Source of the DNA: Bdellovibrionales bacterium CG12_big_fil_rev_8_21_14_0_65_38_15
Lineage (GTDB): Bacteria > Bdellovibrionota > Bacteriovoracia > Bacteriovoracales > Bacteriovoracaceae
Assembly (NCBI GenBank): GCA_002787775.1
Contig: PCUW01000067.1
Coordinates: 28,948-60,947, forward strand
Length of the DNA stretch: 32,000 bases
Reading direction: 5' to 3'
A model generated the notes under the pieces. The model was not told the origin of the DNA. It ran no database searches and saw nothing but the letters and a program-made list of their open reading frames with translations. This document shows, in pieces, positions 1 through 9,510 of the stretch. Every line of letters starts with the position of its first letter. Position 1 is the stretch's first letter. The translations under genes were made by a program, and so were the position numbers.

Positions 1-7
1 CAAGGGA

Positions 8-1675
8 ATGTTCTTTCTATTGATCAGTAGTGCTGCACTCATGGTCTACCCACAATATATCAAAGTTATTATTGATGATGCTATGAAAAGCAAAGATATG
101 AGCGGTCTGAATAAAGCCGCTATCATTGCCATGGTGGTATTTATCATTCAGGCCATTTCATCAAGTTTGAGGTTTTACTATTTTACATTAGCTGGTGAAA
201 AAACGGTCAAAAGATTAAGATCAAAATTATTCTCACAAATTATTTCTCAAGAAATGACTTTTTTTGATTTCTCCAAAACGGGGGAACTTCTTGGAAGACT
301 TTCTGCTGATACGGCTATTTTGCAAAATGCATTAAGTGTTAATATCTCAATGCTCATTAGAAGTGGCTTTCAGGCTATCGGTGGTCTAGCCCTTCTCTTT
401 TTCACTTCAGTGAAACTTACAGTTTTTATATTGGTTATCATTCCTCCCATCGGATTACTGGTCGCTATCTTTGGTAAAAAGGTCAAAGCCTTTTCGAAAT
501 CAACACAAGATGCCCTGGCTTTATCATCTGCTGTGGCTGAAGAAAGTATCTCTGGAGTACGCACAGTAAAAGCATTTGCTCAAGAAGACTGGGAAATTCA
601 TAGATATGATGATCAATTACAAAAATCATTTGATCTTTCTAAGAAGAGAATTACAATCGTTGCTAACTTCACAGGTCTTGTTTCAACTTTGGGTTTTTTA
701 GCGATCGTCTTTATTGTATGGTACGGTGGAAAGCTTGTAATTCAAAATGAGATGAGTATAGGAACCCTGACCTCCTATATCCTTTATGTCATGACTGTAG
801 CCTTTTCAGCAGGACTCCTTGGAAGTTTATATACAGACTTCATGTCAGCATTTGGGGCAGGACACAGAGTCTTTGAGCTGATGGAAAAATCGACGGTTGG
901 TTTTGAAAACTCAAACAAGCCACTCAAAGTTATTTCTGAGGGTTTAATTGAAATTGAAAATGCAGACTTCTCTTATCCCGCTAGACCTGACGTTTCGATT
1001 TTGAACTCTCTTTCACTTAAAATTGCCCCAAAAGAAACCATCGCTATTGTTGGCTCGTCTGGTGGCGGTAAGTCCACTATCGCTCAGCTCTTAATGAGAT
1101 TTTATGATCTTAATGAAGGGCAAATCCTGATTGATCATAAACCGATTAAAGACTACGACTTATATGCGCTTAGAAACCAAATCGGCATTGTTTCACAAGA
1201 GCCAATTTTAATCTCAGAATCTATTGAAGATAATATTCGCTATGGTAAACCAGATGCGAGTTTTGAAGAAGTAAGTAGCGCCGCCAAGCTTGCCTACGCC
1301 TTTGATTTTGTTTCAAGTTTTCCTGAGGGTTTTAAAACCCTGGTTGGAGAAAAGGGCGTTCAACTCTCCGGTGGGCAAAAACAAAGAGTCGCAATTGCTC
1401 GTGCGATTTTAAAAGATCCCAAAATTCTCATTCTAGATGAAGCTACAAGTGCGCTTGATAGTGAGAGCGAGTTTCTTGTACAAAAAGCGCTAGAGAACTT
1501 AAGAAAGAGTCGTACAACACTGATCATTGCCCATCGTCTATCAACAGTAAAAAATGCGGATAAAATTTTTGTTTTAAACCAAGGAAAGATCGTTCAAGCT
1601 GGATCACATGAAGAGCTGATTTCAGCTAAAGATGGTTTTTACAGCAAGTTAATCGAAAAACAATTTAGTCATTAA
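8..1675 (+). CDS. ABC transporter, fused permease/ATP-binding protein (ABCB/MsbA-like exporter). The frame is open to the window edge, so the true start may lie upstream.
   Basis: Hydrophobic N-terminal ~300 aa transmembrane domain. Walker A GSSGGGKST, ABC signature LSGGQKQR, Walker B ILILDEATSALD, H-loop IAHRLST. Confidence 0.9.
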   Translation: MFFLLISSAALMVYPQYIKVIIDDAMKSKDMSGLNKAAIIAMVVFIIQAISSSLRFYYFTLAGEKTVKRLRSKLFSQIISQEMTFFDFSKTGELLGRLSADTAILQNALSVNISMLIRSGFQAIGGLALLFFTSVKLTVFILVIIPPIGLLVAIFGKKVKAFSKSTQDALALSSAVAEESISGVRTVKAFAQEDWEIHRYDDQLQKSFDLSKKRITIVANFTGLVSTLGFLAIVFIVWYGGKLVIQNEMSIGTLTSYILYVMTVAFSAGLLGSLYTDFMSAFGAGHRVFELMEKSTVGFENSNKPLKVISEGLIEIENADFSYPARPDVSILNSLSLKIAPKETIAIVGSSGGGKSTIAQLLMRFYDLNEGQILIDHKPIKDYDLYALRNQIGIVSQEPILISESIEDNIRYGKPDASFEEVSSAAKLAYAFDFVSSFPEGFKTLVGEKGVQLSGGQKQRVAIARAILKDPKILILDEATSALDSESEFLVQKALENLRKSRTTLIIAHRLSTVKNADKIFVLNQGKIVQAGSHEELISAKDGFYSKLIEKQFSH

Positions 1676-1685
1676 AGAGGATATT

Positions 1686-2027
1686 ATGGAAAGAAAGATT
1701 TTGGCAGCAACACAAATCCAGTCAGAGGCTTTAACTTTTATTGCAAATAATCACCAAGATATCGTCAATGAAGTCATCTCAACAATTGCGAAGGATAAGA
1801 TTGTTGTTGTTGGGATGGCGCAGAACCCAGTCGTTAAAAAAGCGAAGAAAATTCTTAATGCAAAAAACATGCAGTTTACAGAACTTTCATATGGAAATTA
1901 TTTATCAAAATGGCAAGAACGCCTTGCCATTAAGTTATGGAGCGGATGGCCGACATTTCCTCAAGTTTTTATCGATGGAAAGTTAGTGGGCGGTGCAGCT
2001 GAGCTAGAAAAGTTTTTAGAAAAATAA
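1686..2027 (+). CDS. Glutaredoxin-like (Grx4/monothiol-type fold) protein lacking the active-site cysteine
   Basis: C-terminal WPTFPQVFIDGKLVGGAAELEKF is the classic Grx motif. The position of CGFS/CPYC reads GMAQNPVV, with no Cys. AGAGGA RBS precedes the ATG, 10 nt after the ABC gene stop. Confidence 0.7.
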   Translation: MERKILAATQIQSEALTFIANNHQDIVNEVISTIAKDKIVVVGMAQNPVVKKAKKILNAKNMQFTELSYGNYLSKWQERLAIKLWSGWPTFPQVFIDGKLVGGAAELEKFLEK

Positions 2028-2037
2028 TTTACTAGTA

Positions 2038-2361
2038 CTATCTTTGCTCATTAAAGATGTCAGATTGAGTTGATATTTTAAGTGCTGGAATATCAACTTT
2101 AACTCTACCTCTTCTAGTGCTTACAACGTGACAGTTACTTCCCTTAGAGCCTATCCATGACGAATAGATCGCTTCACTTTTATATCCGCTATCAACAGTG
2201 ATTTCAACAAAAGATGGCTCAGAAGTAGCAGGAGTTAATGTATAACAAACTTCAGCTGATGAATCATCATCATTAAAGCGATCGAGTTTATACCAAGCTT
2301 TAATTTCAATATTTTGTGCAAAAGCACTCGTTGAAAGCAGAAATAGTATTAATATTTTCAT
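2038..2361 (-). CDS. Small secreted hypothetical protein
   Basis: N-terminal signal peptide MKILILFLLSTSAFAQN. No recognisable domain. Confidence 0.45.
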   Translation of the reverse strand: MKILILFLLSTSAFAQNIEIKAWYKLDRFNDDDSSAEVCYTLTPATSEPSFVEITVDSGYKSEAIYSSWIGSKGSNCHVVSTRRGRVKVDIPALKISTQSDIFNEQR

Positions 2362-2388
2362 TAACTCCTAACCTCTTTTTAATTATTG

Positions 2389-3027
2389 TTAAATGCCTTT
2401 AAGTGTATCATTTAAAAACGTAACTTCGCCAGTTTCAATATTATGATTTGCACCGATAATACCAATCTCTCCTTTTTTCACCATTTCATTTAATATAGGA
2501 CTTCTATCCAAAACTTCCTGAACAGCTCTTTTAACATTTATTTCAGTAACTTTAGCGACAAAACTATCATTTGAAGAATTTCTTAGCGTTTCTGTTTTCT
2601 CATCGTTTACTGCTGGTTCAATTTTTTTCAGTAAAGTCGTTAAATGACCCATTTCAACATGATCACAAGCCCCTTTAACTGCTCCACATTTTGAATGACC
2701 TAGAACAACAATAATCTTAGAGCCTGCAACTTTACATCCAAATTCCATACTTCCAAGAATGTCTTCATTAACAATATTACCCGCGATTCTAACACTGAAA
2801 ACGTCACCCAAACCTTGATCGAAAATAATTTCAACTGAAGTTCTTGAATCGATACAACTTAAAACAACGGCGAAAGGATGTTGACCATCCGAGGTTTCAT
2901 TAGCTTGTTGAAGTAAATTACGGTTCACTTTTAAATTATTAATAAATCGTTGATTTCCTTGCTCTAATAAGTCTAATGCCATTTTAGGAGAGATTGCCTG
3001 CTGCATTTCTTTAGTAAGTGTTTTCAT
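2389..3027 (-). CDS. Beta-class carbonic anhydrase
   Basis: Zinc-ligand motifs SCIDSR and GHSKCGAV, with overall beta-CA (CynT/Can-like) layout. Confidence 0.9.
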   Translation of the reverse strand: MKTLTKEMQQAISPKMALDLLEQGNQRFINNLKVNRNLLQQANETSDGQHPFAVVLSCIDSRTSVEIIFDQGLGDVFSVRIAGNIVNEDILGSMEFGCKVAGSKIIVVLGHSKCGAVKGACDHVEMGHLTTLLKKIEPAVNDEKTETLRNSSNDSFVAKVTEINVKRAVQEVLDRSPILNEMVKKGEIGIIGANHNIETGEVTFLNDTLKGI

Positions 3028-3047
3028 GTTTTTTCCTTGTTGTTAGT

Positions 3048-4577
3048 TTAAACTTTAATTCTTTCTATTGTTATATTTCTATGCAATGAACTTTGAACGA
3101 AGTTATCTATAATTTCGACAACGTCATACGCTATGACTTTGGATTTTGTTCCATCAATAATGACTTTACTGTCACTCGGTATTGCTTCTAAGCTTTTTAA
3201 AATTGTTGCTTTGTTGAAGAATGAAACCTCTTGTGAAAGTTCAATTCTATAAACTTCCCTACTTTCTTTTTCAGAAAACTCTGATTCTTTTAAAATAGAG
3301 TGAGAATTTTTATAACTATGCCAAAGCGTAAACATAATTCCAGTAAACATTCCAATGCCAATACCCATTAATAAGTCGGTTGTTAGTATGGCCACAATCG
3401 TTACAACAAAAGGTATAAATTGCTCCATCCCGAGCGAGTACATTTTTTTAAATAGTTCCGGCTTAGCCAATTTATAACCGACGATTAATAGAATGCCTGC
3501 AAGACTAGCAAGCGGGATAAGATTAAGCAGTGAAGAAATTGTTAAAGCACTAAATAATAGAAAAAAACCGTGAATGACACTTGAAAGTTTTGTTTTTCCG
3601 CCAAAAGCAATATTGGCAGAACTTCTCACAATAACTTGTGTCACAGGTAAGCCGCCAATTAAGCCAGAAACGATATTTCCAAGTCCTTGAGCTTTCAGCT
3701 CTCTATTAGTTGGTGTGACTCGTTTATATGGATCAAGCTTATCCGTTGCCTCTACACAAAGAAGAGTTTCAATACTGGCAACAACGGCCAATACAAAGGC
3801 AATTTTCCAAACAGCGGGATTGGAAAATTGAGTAAAATCTGGAAGTGTAAACTGACTTAGAAATTCAGTAAAATTATCTGGTACAGGTATACGAACCAAT
3901 TGATCCGGCTTTAACGATAAACCAAAGAAGCCATTCATATAGAGGTAGTTCATAAAAATACCTCCAGCAATCACAACCAGTGGTCCTTGAATTAATCTAA
4001 AAATTTTGTGTTTTTTAGAAAGTACTTTTTCCCAAAAGATTAATATAAATAATGATAATGCAGATATTAAGAATGCCCCAGATGAAAAAGCATCAAAAGC
4101 AATTAGGATTGAGGTGAATGTATTCTCTCCACCTTGCTGGAAAAAAGACAAATCACCTTCATAGTCCTTATCATAACCAAGAGCATGGGGAATTTGTTTT
4201 AAGATAATTAACAGACCTATACCCGTTAACATTCCCTTAATAACAGAAGAAGGAAAAAAATAAGCAATAAAGCCCGCTTTAGCAAAACCCATGAAAACCT
4301 GAATAATACCTGCTAAAACGACAGCGAGTAAGAAGGTAGGCCAGCTTCCTAAGGTTTCAATAGCAGAGAAAACAATAACCGCTAAGCCTGCCGCCGGGCC
4401 ACTGACACCAAGGGGAGATCCACTTGCAAACCCAACAACAATACCTCCAACAATACCGGCGATGATTCCTGAAAATAATGGTGCACCTGATGCTAGAGCG
4501 ATTCCGAGACACAGCGACAATGCCACAAAAAAGACGACAATACTTGCAGGCAAGTCACTTTTTATATCCTTAAACAT
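3048..4577 (-). CDS. SulP-family anion (sulfate/bicarbonate) transporter with C-terminal STAS domain
   Basis: Multi-pass membrane core with SulP-like stretches (GDLSFF, VTPTNRELKAQGLGNIVSGLIGGLPVT) and a soluble C-terminal STAS-like tail. Lies 20 nt upstream of the beta-CA gene on the same strand. Confidence 0.9.
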   Translation of the reverse strand: MFKDIKSDLPASIVVFFVALSLCLGIALASGAPLFSGIIAGIVGGIVVGFASGSPLGVSGPAAGLAVIVFSAIETLGSWPTFLLAVVLAGIIQVFMGFAKAGFIAYFFPSSVIKGMLTGIGLLIILKQIPHALGYDKDYEGDLSFFQQGGENTFTSILIAFDAFSSGAFLISALSLFILIFWEKVLSKKHKIFRLIQGPLVVIAGGIFMNYLYMNGFFGLSLKPDQLVRIPVPDNFTEFLSQFTLPDFTQFSNPAVWKIAFVLAVVASIETLLCVEATDKLDPYKRVTPTNRELKAQGLGNIVSGLIGGLPVTQVIVRSSANIAFGGKTKLSSVIHGFFLLFSALTISSLLNLIPLASLAGILLIVGYKLAKPELFKKMYSLGMEQFIPFVVTIVAILTTDLLMGIGIGMFTGIMFTLWHSYKNSHSILKESEFSEKESREVYRIELSQEVSFFNKATILKSLEAIPSDSKVIIDGTKSKVIAYDVVEIIDNFVQSSLHRNITIERIKV

Positions 4578-4600
4578 TTTGTTTCCCTCAATTTACCATT

Positions 4601-4664
4601 GCATTACCAAGCAGTAATGCTAACATCTCAAATAGTAATACCCCCAATACGGATAGTATTACTA
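4601..4664. promoter_or_regulatory. Two inverted repeats sharing GTAAT(G/A)C half-sites in the SulP/TetR divergent intergenic region. Candidate TetR operators.
   Basis: GCATTAC-N6-GTAATGC (4601-4620) and TAGTAATAC-N14-GTATTACTA (4633-4664), read directly from the sequence. Confidence 0.4.
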
Positions 4665-4732
4665 TCACAGATAAACACAACCATATTTTAGTCATGTTTG
4701 TGTAAAGTTGTTTAAAATCAAAAGGTTAGGCA

Positions 4733-5410
4733 ATGCAGATAGAATTAAAAATAGCTATGAACCAACATCTCTTTATCAAGGATCCTGAGGGATCTGAGCT
4801 TGGTAGAAAGATTCTGTTCCATGCCGTAGAGATGATTCAACTCAACGGTTTTGAAGATTTCACCTTTAAAAAGCTAGCGAAAAACATTGGTACTACTGAG
4901 GCCGGTATATATCGTTACTTTGAAAACAAGCACCGTCTTTTGACCTATTTAACTGCTTGGTACTGGAGCTGGTTAGAATACCAAATACATATTCAAACTA
5001 AAAATATTAAAGATCCTAAATCTAAACTAAAAATTGTCATTATGATTTTAATGATGAAATCAACTTCTGAAGCACAATCACTGCATATTAATGAGCAAAA
5101 GCTTCATCAAATTATTATCACAGAAGGCGCTAAAGCATATTTAACCCACCATGTATCTGAAGATAATAAAATTAAGTTGTTCAAGCCATATAAAGATCTT
5201 TGCGCAAGCATAAGTAATATCATTTTAGAAAATAATAAAAATTACACTTATCCTAAGTCACTAGCCTCAACAATTATTGAAAACTCACACCTACAAGTTT
5301 TCTTTAACCAAAACTTGCCTTCTCTGACGGATTACAGCTCAAAAAAGAATGACAAAGAAATTATTTCGTTTTTAGAACATCTCGTATTTAGTTGCTTGAA
5401 AATTTCGTAG
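4733..5410 (+). CDS. TetR/AcrR-family transcriptional regulator
   Basis: N-terminal HTH FTFKKLAKNIGTTEAGIYRYFENKHRLL. Divergent from the SulP/beta-CA operon. Confidence 0.75.
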   Translation: MQIELKIAMNQHLFIKDPEGSELGRKILFHAVEMIQLNGFEDFTFKKLAKNIGTTEAGIYRYFENKHRLLTYLTAWYWSWLEYQIHIQTKNIKDPKSKLKIVIMILMMKSTSEAQSLHINEQKLHQIIITEGAKAYLTHHVSEDNKIKLFKPYKDLCASISNIILENNKNYTYPKSLASTIIENSHLQVFFNQNLPSLTDYSSKKNDKEIISFLEHLVFSCLKIS

Positions 5411-5421
5411 AATTTAAAACA

Positions 5422-6735
5422 TTACTCTTTCAAATACGAAATCGTTACAAACGGATTATCCTGCCTTTGATTTAAGATCCATTTTTCAGAAATGCAAGAA
5501 TAGCCGCCCTTGCCCCAACCTTCGCCCCAAGAGTTGGCAACAATAAAGCAAACACTCCCCTCATCTAAAACCTGAGGTAGCTTTACGTATCCTACGATGG
5601 TGACAGCATGCCCGCCTGAGTGAGAATCAAGTTTTCCGCCGTTAGCTCTATCCTTATACAAAATCAAAGAGCGAGAAGTATAAAAGTTTGGAGTGAGCTT
5701 CAAGCTCGCAACGACAGCATTTTTTGAATCAAGAGCTTTCATGACTTCGTCTAAATTTTTAAGATAGTTCATATCACCGATTTTAACAGCGCCTTGTTCA
5801 CAAGTACTTTTTAGGGGGACCTGGGTTTCATTGCCTTTTTTTGAAGAACTAACATAGGGACAATTGGCTTCAAGTGGAATATCTCGACTTGGTTGTTCTT
5901 TTGAGTGTTCAAGACCGTACCCAACCCATGAACCAGGCTGGCTGCATGGGCGCGACTGACAATCTTCCTTTGAAGCCCAATAAAAATATTGCTCACTTAA
6001 ATCTACGTTTTGGCCATTTTGAGCGAGCATGACTTCCATCGTTCTAACCCCGGCAAAGGCCGAACAAGTAGGCCGATATTTTTGGTCTCTAATTGGTACA
6101 CTCATGGCAGCGGGTACAATATAATAGTCTTTTTCAATTTTAACTTCGACAGTCTTTTCTTTTTCTTTTTTATCAACTGGTAAGATTAAAGGAAGATCAA
6201 ATGTCGTATCTTCGTACTTGCCTTTTTCTTTAACAAACTTTTTCTTTTCTAGCTCCCATCTTTTAATCTTCTGGGCATGCTTTTTCTTCCAATCAGAAAT
6301 GACTTTATCTTTGAGTGCATCAATTTCTGAGTCAGCTAGATTTTGCCAATCATCTACATTCTTGATAGCAGAATGGATCTGTTTTACTAATTGCTTGTTA
6401 TCTTCCTTTGCCGCTTTGACAAGATCGGCACCAGACTTTACCTCATCCGGATTAATGCCATTTTTCTTGGCAAGCTCTTCGCGGTTACGTCTCTTCATTT
6501 CTTCAATCATTTTTTTGCCGCGACTCATATTGTTCACGGACTCTTTTTTTGGCTCCAACTCTTTAGGCGGCTTGAGTCCTTTTGTCACGGCGATCAGTTC
6601 TTCAAAAATTGAATTCGTAATAATTTCGATGTTCTCTTTACTTGAAATAGGATTTAAGTCACCAGGATATAGATTTTTAGCATGGACAGAACTGATAAGA
6701 AGAAGAGTTAAAATCCATTTCATCGTAGAACTCAT
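5422..6735 (-). CDS. Secreted papain-like (C1 family) cysteine peptidase with a Lys/Glu-rich N-terminal region
   Basis: Signal peptide MKWILTLLLISSVHA. Catalytic motifs Q..RPTCSAFAG (Cys), GGHAVTIVGY (His) and ANSWGEGWG (Asn-Ser-Trp). Confidence 0.8.
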   Translation of the reverse strand: MSSTMKWILTLLLISSVHAKNLYPGDLNPISSKENIEIITNSIFEELIAVTKGLKPPKELEPKKESVNNMSRGKKMIEEMKRRNREELAKKNGINPDEVKSGADLVKAAKEDNKQLVKQIHSAIKNVDDWQNLADSEIDALKDKVISDWKKKHAQKIKRWELEKKKFVKEKGKYEDTTFDLPLILPVDKKEKEKTVEVKIEKDYYIVPAAMSVPIRDQKYRPTCSAFAGVRTMEVMLAQNGQNVDLSEQYFYWASKEDCQSRPCSQPGSWVGYGLEHSKEQPSRDIPLEANCPYVSSSKKGNETQVPLKSTCEQGAVKIGDMNYLKNLDEVMKALDSKNAVVASLKLTPNFYTSRSLILYKDRANGGKLDSHSGGHAVTIVGYVKLPQVLDEGSVCFIVANSWGEGWGKGGYSCISEKWILNQRQDNPFVTISYLKE

Positions 6736-7445
6736 TTGGAATAATTATTAGTTAAGCATTGCTCTAAATAAGAATCTTCATTGTTTTTTTCAATTTTTTT
6801 ACAGTACTTATTGGAATTAAATAAAACTGCCATTTTTAGGTAACAGCGATTTTTACCACTAAGTTGCGTCTTTGAGTATTGTTCGCAAAAAGAAGGATCC
6901 TTATATCTTGTTGCCCACTCATAAAAACAATTCCATTTTAAAGAATAGATATCGTTTGGAAGCTTGTCACAAAGATCGCGATTTTCTTGAAGATTGGATT
7001 GATCAAAATTTTTAAGACAAAAATACTTTCCAATATGGGAATTGAACTTATTACAGTCTTTATCCTCTTTGACGTCTTTAGTTAATAAATGAAAGCATGT
7101 TTCGTTATTCTTCTTTTCCAAACATGAATCTTCATTTTCGAGGCTAAAAACAAGTTTTCCAGCCGTATAATAGACACTGCCTATACCATCACAACTTTTC
7201 GTTTTGCATGTTTCTTCAATATAAGGTGCGCTTGGCCTATAGCCTGCGCCGCAATTAAAACCAGGAACAGCGCAATCACTGGCTTCGCTCATTTTTATAA
7301 CGGCCGAATAAGATCCGTCTTTTGTCTTTACGACATCTTCAATTTCGACGTTGATTTGTTGTGAAAGCTCAATGTGATGAGTTTCACCAAAAACAACGTT
7401 TGGAATGACGAGGTATAAGATAAAAAGACCAATTATTACTTTCAT
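6732..7445 (-). CDS. Secreted cysteine-rich hypothetical protein (about 14 Cys), translationally coupled to the C1 peptidase
   Basis: Signal peptide MKVIIGLFILYLVIPNVVFG. Its stop overlaps the peptidase start by 4 nt. Confidence 0.5.
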   Translation of the reverse strand: MKVIIGLFILYLVIPNVVFGETHHIELSQQINVEIEDVVKTKDGSYSAVIKMSEASDCAVPGFNCGAGYRPSAPYIEETCKTKSCDGIGSVYYTAGKLVFSLENEDSCLEKKNNETCFHLLTKDVKEDKDCNKFNSHIGKYFCLKNFDQSNLQENRDLCDKLPNDIYSLKWNCFYEWATRYKDPSFCEQYSKTQLSGKNRCYLKMAVLFNSNKYCKKIEKNNEDSYLEQCLTNNYSK

Positions 7446-7504
7446 AGAAAGATATTAGTGCAATTTTTATGTTTTTAGGATCAAAATGATTGATTGGATT
7501 CTTT

Positions 7505-7543
7505 ATAAGAAAAAGCGCGTTAAATAGTTAGAATTTAACGCGC
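7505..7543 (-). terminator. Rho-independent terminator for the 7569-8258 gene
   Basis: Perfect 10-bp stem GCGCGTTAAA/TTTAACGCGC (7515-7524 / 7534-7543) with a 9-nt loop, followed on the minus strand by TTTTTCTTAT. Confidence 0.7.
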
Positions 7544-7568
7544 AATAGAGGAACTAAACTACTTCTTA

Positions 7569-8258
7569 TTATTCAAAAACGGCGTTTACTGATTTTCCAT
7601 GCATAGTACGAACGTGAAGAAGTACTTGCTTTGCATCTAGATCTTGTGGAATTTTAGTTTCAATAGCAAATGGAACCATCTTCATTGGACAATCAAGGGA
7701 GATTTGCTTCATTTTTGGGAGTACTGAATAAACATCTTTATCGTTATGGAAGTAGTCAACACGATCGAATACATAACAGTCACTTGGGTTATGACCTTTA
7801 AGAATAACATTGCGTGAACCAGGCTTAATCAGAACATGCTCAACGTAAGCATAAACATGTTCGTCAACTGCAGAGCTTAATGCCTCTGTAATTTTCATTT
7901 GACCTTTTTCTTGTTCGTTTACAGTCACATTGTATTGACCACGATCAAGAACACCTACATCGACCGGAATTAAAAAAGGAACAATCATTCTAGTACATTC
8001 AAGTTCATGAGTCGGCTCATGATTAATAGCATAAACTGAAACGATGATATTCTTACCTTCAACCTTAGTTTTTACTATTGGTGATTTATAACAAAGGTTC
8101 GGTAGAAAACCAGTCACAACGATCTCGGCCATATCGTTACTGTCAAAGCCCTTTGGCATATAAACTTTTGATACTGGTACTAGAGAAATAATCGGGGATG
8201 TCGCTTGAGCACAAACGGCTAGGAGAGAGAGAAAAGACAAAAGTACTAGTTTTTTCAT
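7569..8258 (-). CDS. Secreted hypothetical protein
   Basis: Start chosen at the internal Met (MKKLVLLSFLSLLAVCAQA signal peptide), which is preceded by an AAGGAA RBS. The ORF track extends to 8294. Confidence 0.5.
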   Translation of the reverse strand: MKKLVLLSFLSLLAVCAQATSPIISLVPVSKVYMPKGFDSNDMAEIVVTGFLPNLCYKSPIVKTKVEGKNIIVSVYAINHEPTHELECTRMIVPFLIPVDVGVLDRGQYNVTVNEQEKGQMKITEALSSAVDEHVYAYVEHVLIKPGSRNVILKGHNPSDCYVFDRVDYFHNDKDVYSVLPKMKQISLDCPMKMVPFAIETKIPQDLDAKQVLLHVRTMHGKSVNAVFE

Positions 8259-8344
8259 TGTTATTCCTTGGTTGGAGATGAGCAGTTTTCGCATAGTTAA
8301 TGCAAAAGGAACCTGACGGAGAACATGAAAAAAGATGATTTAGA

Positions 8345-9505
8345 TCAGTTTATGAAATGTTCAAGCAATAATTGCTTTTCTAGATACGGATTAATACTCC
8401 ACTGCTTTTTAAAATCTTGGTAGTTCTTGAGCAATAAATGTGTTTGTTTGGCATCCCTAGAGACCTTAGAGCAGCGAAGAAGGATATTTTTAGCCGTATG
8501 TTCAAGGCTAATAAACTCCATACTCTGAACCTTGTAGCCGCAAACTTCAAGAAGCTGTGCTCTCATAGTATCTGTAACAAGTGCAGTCATTCGATCGCGA
8601 AAGATACCATGCTTGAGTAGGATATTTGAGTCATCGTTTTGCAATTGTTTATTAAGTTCATGCTGACAGCAAGGAACGAACATCATTTGTTTGGCATGAT
8701 TTCGAAGAGAAAAGAGAATGGCATCATCAGTTGCTGTGTCACAGGCATGCAAGGTCACAACAAAATCAACTGGATCATCTGTTTTAAAGTCATGAATAAA
8801 GCCGTGAGCAAAATGAAGTTGATCAAAGGAAATGTTCTTGGCGATTTCATTACAATGATTGATAACTTCTTGCTTAAGATCGATGCCCGTGATCTTAACG
8901 TTAACTTTTTTTATGTTTTTAAAATAATGATATAAAGCAAACGTAAGATAGGACTTACCACAACCAAAATCAACGGCATGAAATTCTTTCATTTCTTGAT
9001 TTTTATAAATGTCATCGACAAGTTCTAGAAAGCGATTAATTTGTCTAAATTTCTTATACTGAGTGGGCTTTACGTTAGCGTTTTTATCCATCACTCCGAT
9101 CTCTATTAGAAACGGACAAATCTCTCCATCTGGAATCAGGTATTGTTTTTCACGGTTATGTTTTTTAGTTGATTCAGGTTTTTGTGCAGTATTCGTTATG
9201 ATTTTTGCATTAAGCTTCTTATTAATTAGAATCTGGGTTTCAGCTAGCTGAGTTTTAACTAAACACTGCTTAAACTGCTCTAGAAACTTTGAGAGATCTT
9301 TTTCAATAAAATCTTTTTTTAGTACGGTAGTGATATCACTGTGCTTTTGTAGCCTAAATTCAACTTTGACTTCGCGTGGATTATTTACGGCATTTAAAAC
9401 AATACTTTTAAGCTCTTGCGATTTATTGACGGGCGAAGAAAATGTACACTTTTCAAAGTTCTCTTCGCCCAATCCTGAAGAAATAGCATCAATCGCATTT
9501 TGCAT
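8345..9505 (-). CDS. Class I SAM-dependent methyltransferase
   Basis: Motif I VDFGCGKSYLT and downstream LHACDTATDDAI. Substrate unknown. Confidence 0.65.
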   Translation of the reverse strand: MQNAIDAISSGLGEENFEKCTFSSPVNKSQELKSIVLNAVNNPREVKVEFRLQKHSDITTVLKKDFIEKDLSKFLEQFKQCLVKTQLAETQILINKKLNAKIITNTAQKPESTKKHNREKQYLIPDGEICPFLIEIGVMDKNANVKPTQYKKFRQINRFLELVDDIYKNQEMKEFHAVDFGCGKSYLTFALYHYFKNIKKVNVKITGIDLKQEVINHCNEIAKNISFDQLHFAHGFIHDFKTDDPVDFVVTLHACDTATDDAILFSLRNHAKQMMFVPCCQHELNKQLQNDDSNILLKHGIFRDRMTALVTDTMRAQLLEVCGYKVQSMEFISLEHTAKNILLRCSKVSRDAKQTHLLLKNYQDFKKQWSINPYLEKQLLLEHFIN

Positions 9506-9510
9506 CTATT

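Noticed and set aside
1741-1986. Alternative-frame 81-aa ORF inside the glutaredoxin-like gene, and the 370-564 ORF antisense to the ABC gene
   Set aside because: The Grx motif and the ABC motifs identify the real frames.
6218-6751. 177-aa plus-strand ORF, together with 6391-6612 and 5811-5996
   Set aside because: These are antisense or alternative-frame shadows of the C1 peptidase gene with low-complexity Ser/Phe/Leu-rich translations. The peptidase frame carries the real catalytic motifs.
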